Source of the DNA: Enoplolaimus lenunculus
Taxonomy: Eukaryota
NCBI GenBank assembly: GCA_030248215.1
Contig: JASANG010003494.1
Span: forward strand, 1-64,000
Direction: 5' to 3'
DNA length: 64,000 bases
Below, piece by piece: positions 27,401-38,500 of this stretch. A program made the translations under genes and the position numbers. The notes under the pieces are model-generated. The model was given only the letters and a program-made list of their open reading frames with translations, was not told the origin of the DNA and made no database searches. Each line of letters starts with the position of its first letter. The first letter of the stretch is position 1.

Positions 27401-30400
27401 TTTCGTGAGGAAATAAACCATCCATTTGAAACCTTTTATCAGCCAAGATAACAAGCCATAAAATTTTGCTGGTATCTAGTAAGTTTTTTAATGCCTCTAA
27501 AACTCTGTCTCATTTTTCCACAAATTTCGGGTAATACATCCATCCTATAATCTCCTTCTTATACGCTCTTTGGACGTTGGAAAACGGTACCTGTGTGCTT
27601 ACCATCGTTAACGCATTATATTAGGTTTCGCATTGTCTAAAGGGACGCATAGTTTTTTCGCGAACCGCAATACATTAAGCTTAAATTTTAGACAAGTTTT
27701 TTGCCTTAGACTTCATAGGCTTAAGGACAGGCTTAAGCTTAGATACGCTTATCCTTTTGCTTTAGGGTTAGGCTTAACAACACGCTTATGCCAATGCAAC
27801 GGCCTGTTTTGTACATTGCCCTCTGAAATATATTGACTGGAAGGTTAATTAATTGGGGTATCCCACCGTACTCGAAGTTACGTTCATTCATTAATACGTG
27901 CAATATGTTTATAAGCGGTATCTGTACGCGCAGCATCATTTTCATATTTTATATTATGTATCACATTTCATTCACATATTGTATTATTGTTATATATCGC
28001 ATTATCTATAGGGGCTGTCTATAGGGGTACAGAAGCCGTAGCCAGCTCACCTTGCAAGGGGGTTGATAATTTTTCAGGAGGACCCTGCACAAGTTTTCGA
28101 TGACTTACAACCAAGGTTAAATATTTTCTCGGCGGTGCAAAATTCTGCAAAGGGGCTCAGCCCTCCCCCCCGGATCCCTCTGGCTACGGGCCCGGGGGTG
28201 CTCCAAATTTCCTCGGGGCCGCAATTGATAAAACTTAAGTTGTAGATTGACTTTTTTGTTGAAGCTTCTTAGTATCAGGAGTACGCTTGGCGTGAATAGA
28301 CGTATCCTTTCGTTTAGGCTTAGGCAAAAACTTAGAAATGTGCTTATACTAATGTGACCACTCTGTTGTATACATTGGCCGCTGAAACGGACTTAAAGTT
28401 TAGACAACCGTTCTCAATGTTTATATACGTGTACTTAAATACGTGTTTATATGTTTTCCATAGCAACTGGAGTAAATCACTACGTGTACGTGTTCATATT
28501 TATATATCTTCTGTACCAACCAGATATAACCTCTTAGTTTAACATTAGTAAGAAATAAACTTCGGGGCAAAATTTAGCCTCATTTTTTTACCCCTCCTGC
28601 CCCCTTGTGGCGAAGAATGTTCAACAATTCAAACAATTGGGATTAGTCAATCACAAATGCCAAAATTTAAACAAATGAACAACGTTTGGTTCGTTGTAAC
28701 CGATCGCGAACGTCAAAATTCAAACGGTTAGTATGTTAATCAAAAATTAAAACAACAACAGTTCAGTTCGGAGATATCACGTCGAAGCATGGTCCGAGTT
28801 CACGCGCTATTGCTTCGACAGTACACTCAAGTTCAGGAAGTGCAAGAGGGTAACAAATTCTTCCAGTAGCCTCCTCCAGTGGTTCATGTCATTTTTCCCA
28901 GACAAACCAATGGCGTAGACGTTAGGAAGAACAAAGGAAAGTGCAGTTGTGCCGAAGAGGCCCAGAAATCAAAATGAACGCAAAACCAAATGACGGCAAC
29001 TAGAATTGCAAAAAAGCAAAATTGAAGTTTGAGCATAAAACTGTAGTTGCGTTGAAGGTTATATGTTTACTGATTAGTTGGTTTGGCAACGACATTAAGC
29101 GAATATTAGCACGAGATGCAAGAGCATAGCTAGAATTACATTTCGGGAGGATATATAATCAACTCCACTGAAAAGCTATTGCCAGCTAAGATAGGATGTT
29201 AGAAAATTTTGTTAGTATCCAGGATGTTTTCTAAAGCCTACAATAGAATCTTTCTCCACTAATTGCGAGTAATACAAACTCCTATCTCCTCCTTATACGT
29301 GCTTGGTGACATCGTAAAGTGTTAATATTAATGCAAGAATATGAATAATTTTAGGAGGGTTATTCGGAGTATTGAAATAGCTTAGAAAGCTAACCTTGTT
29401 GACCAAATTTTAGGAGTATAGCTCATCAGTGCCCTCCATGTGAACGAACATTTATATTAAATACCTGGCAGTAACGTAGTCAAAAGCAGGGGACCAAACT
29501 GGGAGGCCCACTCCAATGACCTCTACAAACTTATTTCTGTTATCATAAATGCTAGCTCAGACAAATACAATCAGAGTAATATATGCTAAGTTATTGGATT
29601 AGCTCACTATTAGCAAAAAGTATATTGAATAGTGAATTCACTTGTCAATTGAATTCCTGTAACTAATAAAGTTACGGGCAAAACTTTGTTTTGCCCTCTA
29701 TTTTCACTCCATTGTTCAACTTTTGGCGAAGAATTATGAATGAACTTGAAGATTGATTCCACGAAAAATTACGAAGAAACTGCAAGGCGATGGCGTTCGA
29801 TCGGCGAACAGGGTACAAGCATTGAAAATGAACGCGGACAAATTGTTTTATGTGTCTTAACGACATTTGAGAGCATAAGATCGCTATGACTAATGGCGGA
29901 AGGTTTGATAAATTACTGCGAGCTTACGAACCTTTCACAACCGCTTATTTACAAAGTTCGCGATTGCAATACAACAGGGAAGGACGGTCTATGAAAGCTG
30001 AAACAATTATTTACTCAAAGGTCGAACACTGATGTGCGGTTGGATATCTGGCACTTAATGAGACATCTGGCACTAGCATGTTGTACGGAGTCCCACCCGC
30101 TTTACGGAACATTTATGAATGGCGTGACAAATTTGATTTTTGAGTGGGACACCCAAGATTTCGAGCGCCTCTTGCTGTCAAGCGAGAAAGTTAAAGCGGC
30201 CGGCATGGCAAACCCAACAGGACCAGCAATACGGGCAAAAATCAACAAAAACCAAATGGCGCGTCATTGTAAACGACAAACATTAGGTGAAGAAGCTACT
30301 GTGGCGCACCTAGAGGCTTTGTTCAATTTTTTGATGAAGGCGGCTGACAGTTAGGGTGTCAATTTCTTTGGCGCGTCAGTTCAACGCATCTCGGCGCAGC

Positions 30401-33400
30401 AGAAGAAACACGTTCACTGCATAAACTTCCGGCAGATATTGCGCTGTATACAAATTTCCATTACGGAATAACTCGTCTAGTTAGCTTCGACCTCCATTTT
30501 AACAGATTTATTCCAGGTACAGCAGCGACCTATGTCAATTTTAGGCATATCATCTGGAAGAAATAACGAGGTAGAATGCCAGCCGACCAGCAGCTGCTAC
30601 AACTCTTTCGGCGTCTAGATTGCCATCATATGATATCAAGCCGTAGGATCGTGTTTTCGAAGAATGCTGTTCGTTGAACCTCGTGTTTCCAATTGCACGC
30701 TAGGTTAAGCCTGTTGTACACTTTAGCGAACTGTTGAACAAGTGTGGCTAATATTGTTTGCAGGCAAAAATGATCTGTATCACCATGATAAAAAGGAAAC
30801 GACAATGTTTACGTCTATATAATGCAGGCTGCTGACGAAGTCGATGATCCAACCGTCTCAACTCCGCAGATATCTGAAGGCCTAATCGACGAGGCAGGTC
30901 AACAACAAGAGGCCATCGAGGCAAATAATTGTGGTATTCCCGCCTGGGACAAAGTTAATCGGCACGCTACAGCTTTAGTCTCTCTTCAATGATTAGTAAT
31001 CCTAGCCACAGAATTTGCGAATATTGAGCGCTTGTAACAAGACCCTGAACAGAAGGCCGCTGGGAAAGTGGCCGCCGGACAAAATTCTTCCGGGACAAAA
31101 GACCGCTTGGACAAAAGGCCGTCTAGTCAATAGGCCGTCTGGACAAAAGGCCGTTCGGACAAAAGGCGGCCCGGACAAAAAACCGCCTGGACAAAAGGCC
31201 ATCCGCACAAAAGGCCGCCTGGATAATAAGCACACCGGACAAAATACCGTCCAGACAAAAGACCGTCCGGACAAAAGACCGTCTGGACAAAAGACCGTCC
31301 GGACAAAAGGTCACCTTGACAAAAGGCCGTCCGGGCAAAAGGCCGTCCAGACAAAAAGCCGTTCGGACTAAAGGCCGTCGGGATAAAAGGCAGTTCGGAC
31401 AAAAGACCGGCTAAACAAAAGCCGATCGGAGAAGATACTGTGCGGACAAAGGGCCGTTTGAACAAAAAGCATGTCCGGACAAAAGACCTTCCGGACAAAA
31501 AAGGCCGTCCGGACAAAAGGCCGTCCGGAGCAACGGCCGTTCGGACGAAAGGCCGTCCAGACAAAAGGGCATCTGGACAAAAGGCCGTTCGGGGGGTACC
31601 CTCTAGAGAGGCCAAATAAATATCAGTCCCCGCTCTTATTTGGGTCACTACAGTATACCGTACGGACAAAAGACCGCCTGGACAAAAGGCCGTCCCAAAA
31701 ACGACCGTCCGGATAAAAATATCTAACGTGTGGACAATATGGTTGGGAAATTTTACTCATATCTTTACGTGAAATATTCAATGCTTAGATCATGTTCGTT
31801 CCCACGATGCATATCTTGATATGGCAGAATTAGTATATATTTTTGCGCTGTTGGCAGGGACGGGCGGTCTCGTTGAAAACAGAGAATGATACCTGGCTGC
31901 CGAAACCGGCCATAAAAAATCTCACTCTCGGTCAATTTTTGGTCATCACCGGAAAATTTAAAAATTTCAACACTAATTTTTATGCTTTTCCGTTTTTGTG
32001 TTATGAAAATAGATTCATAGCGAAACTTTATTATGCATCACTTACTTCTGCAACACAGCCATACATTCGCTGAATCGTCGACTTCAGGTCTCATTTAGTT
32101 GCAAAGCAGTTGTTTGCCTTTGATGTGTTGGAATTCGTTTTCGATTTGGGATTTATCGTACAATAGTCTAATCATTGAAACACGCTAGTGTTTACAATAT
32201 ATGTTTCAAGCATCGAGAATGCACGCTTTTTGAAAGTTTTACAGAATGTTTTCTGCAGGAAAGCAGAGCTGGAATGAGGTAACTTACGTATAGAATATCC
32301 TCTAAGTAGCCGCTTCGACACCATACACAAATTGGACAGCTAAACGTCTCATTTAAGTTGTTATAAAAAATTTGATTTTTGTAATTTTTCGAAAAAATTG
32401 TATTGCAAATATGTAATTACCATAGCTAGTCGATATTATTGTGCGATGCTTATGACATCTTGCAATAGATTACGTGTCCCAGCGATGTTTGTTCTACTGA
32501 AATTGCTAACTAAGACAGTAATATTTTGTAATATCCTCCAAGCATTATAGCTAAACCTTACCGTATTCCATGTAAAAGGAAGAAACTAGGTAAAAGTGCC
32601 CCTAGAAGGGACAGATTGTGATATGTTTCGCTTGAAGCATGTAAAAGAGTTTAAACAAGGGTTAGTTAGACCATAGATCAGTAGGTAATGCTTATAATAT
32701 TAGCTCCATAACTTCTATGAAAATAGTCGTCATCTATATCTTTGACGGCTGTCTTTCAGTGTTAACACGCTTGCGGTCAGTGAAACAGAAACATATAGGC
32801 CCAGCGGACATTTATCTGTTATGCTAAAAATTGGCACTACGGGTTTTCAAGGCGTTCTCAAGTAGAACTCTCAACATGCCTTTCATATAACAGTCAGGAG
32901 CTTTTTAAAAGTTATCTCAATTGAGCGCCAGCAGAACATGTTCTTTGAAATATTTAGCAACGTTTGAATTGTAATTTCTAGATGAATAGCTTAAATATAG
33001 TCACGGCACAGAACACAATTTGGAAAAATTTCTCGACTTCACATCATCAAATTGTCATGGTAAAGATAGCTAAAATAGTCGAGCACGTATGCGTGACATT
33101 TTTTATTCGATAATCAATAGACGCAATTTGTAATCTTGCAATATTGAAATATTTACTAATCAAGTTTTAGAAACATAATATTTTAAAACTCAAAAATATC
33201 CTCTTCCAATGAAGAATGCTAGTTTACAACACTTATAAACTGAACATTGTAAAACCCAACAAACGCTAAAATTAAGCTGATAGGTGATGTCCGCTGGGCC
33301 TATATGTTTCTGTTTCACTGACCGCAAGCGTGGTAACACTGAAAGACAGCCGTCAAAGATATAGATGACAACGATTTTCATAGAAGTTATGGAGCTAATA

Positions 33401-35462
33401 TTATAAGCATTACCTACTGATTTATGGTCTAACTAACCCTTGTTTAAACTCTTTTACATGCTTCAAGCGAAACATATCACAATCTGTCCCTTCTAGGGGC
33501 ACTTTTACCTAGTTTATAAAATGGTTTCTGGTGATTTTTAGGGGATGGAGAGTTTGTTAATGGTCAAAAACGCAAATCAACCTGCATGTTTAGATTTTGG
33601 TTACAACAATAATTAAAAAACAAAAACAAAAAACAAATGCTCGCTATGATATTGCAGGGTTTATATTACTTATTCAAATCGCTCAACCTCCATTTAGCGT
33701 ATCGTTGTTTGAAAGCCTATGGTTTAATTCAATTTTCCCACGCGGCCTTGCGCTATTTTGTCCGGGCGCCCTTTTGTCCTGACGTTCTTTCGTCCGTACG
33801 GCCTTTTGTTCAGGCGGCCTTTTGTCTGGACGGCCTTTTATCCAGAAGGCTTTTTGTTCAGGCGGCCTTGTGCGAACAACCTTTTGTCCAGGCAGTCTTT
33901 TGTCCAGACGCTATTTTGTCCCGACGGTCTTTTTCCTCCGGACAACCTTTTGTTCAGGCGGCCTTTTGTCCGGACGGTCTTTCGTCCGGACGGCCTTTTA
34001 TCCAGATGGCATTTTGTCCAGTCGGCGTTTTGTCGAACGGCCTTTTGACCAGGCAGCCTTTTGTCCAGGCGGCCTTTTGTCCAAGATCCCTTTTGACCAG
34101 ACGGCCTTTTCTTTAAGATCCCTTTTGTCCAGACGGCCTTTTGTCCAGACGGTATTTTGTCCGAACGGCTTTTGTCTAGACGGCCATTTGTCCAAACGAC
34201 GTTTGGTCCAGACGGTGTTTTGTCCGGCAGCCATCTGCCCGGTGAACATTGGTCCGGCGGCCTTCTGTGTGGGAACCGAAATTTCTTAATAAAGACTCGG
34301 GCCAAAAATTATCAAATTCATCGAAAATTTATAAGTTTATATATATTTTTATATTCAGACATAAATGTTCTATTACAGGTAACTTCAGACTAACATTTAT
34401 TAACGTCCAAACGAATGCCAATCAAGTCATATCTGCTACTCTGTAAAACACTCTATTAAAATACTTTAGTTATATTTTACTAACTATTTTAAGTATAAGT
34501 GTACTAAATATGGAGTAAATCTTTGCCTGGATAATGTAAATAAGTAAAACTATTGCTGTCATTTCCTGATTAATTAAGTAAATGTAAAACTAAAAATTTT
34601 GTTTGCTTAAAATTAAGTAAAACTTTACCAAGCACTATAGTAAGTAAAACTGACACTTAATTCGGCAACAGTTTTGCTTAATTTTAAGTATATTTTTAGT
34701 TAGTAGTTTTGATCTGATCACTCAAACCCACGTTTAAACTTTTTCAATTAATTGCTCAAATGCTGAGCAATTGTTTAAATTCCACCTATCACTTTTGCAC
34801 ATACAACATTTATCCTATATTTTGGCGATGCCCACATTACGGATTAAAAGCGTCCCAGCTTTAATTATGCAGATATGGCTCCAAATTGTCAAAATTTGAA
34901 TTGTAAATTACACCCGTTTGGCATAAACAACTTTTATCCTATATTTCCACAATGTCTAAAATACGTATTAAAAGCGTTCCGGCTTTAATTATGGAACATC
35001 CACGTTATACTGCACGCGCTACTGTAAAAAATGTCTGGGTCTGAGTGGGCCCGACGTCATTTTAACACTCTATTACATCACCAGTGTAAAGTCTGGTAGT
35101 CCCTAACGAGGACATAAAGACATATTACACTGTGTTCATATAGCATCGCAAACATACATAACAACAACAACACAAACATATACACACATTTATTTTACTT
35201 CATTTTTTACCTTTTGTTCCCGACTTCCTTCGGTCAGTGGCGGGACAATTAATAGTGTCTACGTACCGCATAAAATTATACCTTCACGCTAGTTGCGGCT
35301 TCGATTCGTACACAGATCCCTACCGGGTGGTTGGATAAATTTTTACATTAGCGCGCGTGTTATAAGTATATAGATATGGCTCAAAAAAATTGAAATGGTT
35401 CAAAAAATTGTCAAAATTTGGAAACGCTTCACGAATTTGCGTGTCATCCTTGCGCAGGGGCC

Positions 35463-35502
<40 letters not shown>

Positions 35503-38500
35503 CCCGAAGGACGGTATCCTATAGTTCATGATACTTACTTGTACAATGCTAATTTGCATATTATAATTTTAACCGGTGTTATTTTCTCACGAAACAGTAC
35601 GCATTATGCCTACTATTACAGTTATTATAAATATATACGACTCGAGCTCGACTCCCAGCCTTTGTGTGTGTTGAATTGTGTCTTTAAATCTGTAAATATG
35701 TGTGTTGTAGACAACTTACAGTCATAGAGAGACCGAGCATAAACGCATACTCTCCCACTGACACACACACAAACACTGTATTACATATATATACATATAC
35801 ATAACATGTATTATACATAACATATATGTGACAAATGTAACGCTAGGAGTTTCGTGTATAGGAAGGGTATAAGGAATGGCTAATGCCAAATTATAGACAT
35901 TTTTTTAAACGGGGCGTCTATATTTCATTTTGGCAGCCGTTAACCACCTCTAAAAGCCTTTTGAAAAGCGAGCACAGCGAGCCGGTAAATTGCAAAAAAT
36001 TCGCCTGACTGCTCGCTTGCCAATAAAAATTGTGCAAAGCTTCACGGTTACGTAAAGCGCTAGAGGCGGAGGTACGGATTATGGACCCTCCCTTAGGAAT
36101 TTAATAAAATAGTTCATTTTATAGATTTCGACGCGCTAGTTCATCGCTGCAATTTTTAGCGCTGTAGAGTCCCCGGTTCAATAGTTATGGTCCTTTAAAT
36201 TTCAACTTTTTATCATATAAAACATGTACAAACAATCAAATTTGTGTATGGAATAAACCTGGTTAAGCTTATATTATACGAACACGTCAATGATAGCTAC
36301 TTCCTCTTGCAATCTGTGCGTGTTTGCACTATAATTTCGAGGGCGATAACTTTTGAACCGTTGGTCATGCAGACATAAAAATGGTACCGTTGACTTCAGC
36401 TCGTCGAGATCTATAGGATGGACCGTTTTATCAAAATCCTAGGGGTGTCCAGATTCCGTACGTCCGCCGCGCTAAATCGGGGTGCGATTCCGAGTGGTGG
36501 TGTAGAACCCGTAGTTGACATCAATTTAAAGAAACATTTTGAGACTGTTACAGATGAATTTAACACTGGAACAATGTATACTTTCTTGCACGCTTCGCTC
36601 ACGTTTTCTTCAACCGGAGCCTAAAGCCTGGGTATGAGCCTTTGCTCGCTCTGTTTTAACTCTTTTCTAAAGCAAAGTACCTAACTTTCTTCAAAAGTAA
36701 CTTTCAGCAAACAAATTTACGCAATAGAATAAACCGCCATCCATAAAAATCCCACGCCTACAATGTGTTGCATTGGACTCTCCGAAGCCAAATTCCCACG
36801 CTACGCTGGATACGTCCGCCACAGTTGGTAACTCAGTTGTTCTCATAATTTGGAATAAAATATTCCATTGTTCATAAACGAGATTCCATAAATTCCCACA
36901 ATGCAAAAAGCATCTCAAATTTTCCCACGACCACTATTCACATGCATACAGTTTCCCACGGCTACTATTCACACGCATACACTTTTCTACGGCTACTATT
37001 CACACGCGTACACTTTCCCACGACTACTATTCACACGCATACAGTTTCCCACAGTGCCTGTTTCCCATACACCTGAAACAAAAACGTTAACAAATATATA
37101 CTATTGTAAATACAAACATAGTGGCACCAACATTACACTGTCGTTCAATTACAAATTTATACAAATGGGAAAACTTAAATTTAATCCATAAGAACAGGTG
37201 GTTCGTGTGAAAAAAACTTTTATTACAAATTATTCCGCAGTTTCTCACGATTAAAAAACCAGTTTTGTACTCAGTAACTGAAATGACGTAGATGCATGGA
37301 TGGTGATAACATCTCGACATTGTGTCTCGTTTCCTATTAATACAAAAATATAAGGACGGGACAAGGGGGAATGCAGCGCACTAATGCGTTTTTGGTTTCG
37401 GTGTTCATCAACATACCTCCTCAAAAGAATTATAATCCGGTGTATATATATGATACTGTGGAATTTGCATTGTGTTGTTCTGGGATCTTTAGGTACTTTT
37501 TCAGTTGGGCAACACAAGTTAGCTCCTTCGAAATCATTCTGACATACATAACACCCTTGCCAAAATTCGCCTAATTTCACGTTTGACCAGGCCCGTAGCC
37601 AGCTCATCTTGCTTGAGGGGGGGTTAAAAATTTTTTCAGGAGGGATATTTAAAGGTTTTCAATAACTTACAAGCAAGGTTGAAAATCTTATATTTTGGGC
37701 CAAAATTCTTCCGGGGGTGGGCTGAGACCCCCTGGCAATCTGCCCTTCCTCCTCTGCGTTCGATACGAAACAAAATTATTTAAGGCCACTCTAAATGAAA
37801 TCCTTGCTACGCTTTTGCCGTTATAACTTCAGCCGTGCGAGATTGCTAAATAATTTAAATGTATGGTCAGAGTTGTTAATTACTAACTATTGCCAGGACC
37901 GGAGCAGCCACCCCACATACTCCCATTTGGAGGGGCCCCATCTTTAAAGGGCCCCCACACTAACCAGTTGAAACAAAAACCGGTAAAGTTTCAAATACGT
38001 TTGGCTTGTCGCGCGCTTCGCTCGCAAGTTTGGGGGCCCCACCATGAAGTTTGGGGAGAGCTCCCACACCTGTCTGCTCCGGCATTGGTTATTACACGAC
38101 AACCAATGGGGAGTGCGTACGCAGCGGAAACTAAGCGTGTTTATAGACAATGGCAAATTTCAGTAGCAAATGGTTTTTGTAAGAAAATTTACTCGTTCCA
38201 TCTCAATCCAATCAAATATAATTATTTTAGGCAGCGAAGATCGGCATTTCATTCGAGACGACCTGACACCGCCTGGCGACGACAGCGACCAACTATCTGA
38301 AGAGTTATTTGCCGCTAATTTTGAGGATGTTGACGCTCGTCTGAAAACATCAAACACTCTCGCGGATATTATGGAGCACGACCCGGGACTGGGTCACGAG
38401 GATATTAAGATAGTTCCGGCACCGGAAGATGATATGATCGAGAATTTTATTGACGGTATTTGTTTAACTTTTGTGGTACATTTTTTCAGAATTTAAGAAT

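Noticed and set aside
33721..33742. GGTTTAATT resembling the start of nematode SL1
   Set aside because: Match stops after 9 nt; no SL RNA donor or Sm site follows.
31002..34305. Many overlapping 70-180-aa ORFs (KRPSGQK / AFCPDGL repeats)
   Set aside because: Translations of the 16-bp foldback subrepeats, open in several frames on both strands.
35320..35559. 79-aa ORF containing [22 protein letters not shown]
   Set aside because: Spurious translation of U6 snRNA.
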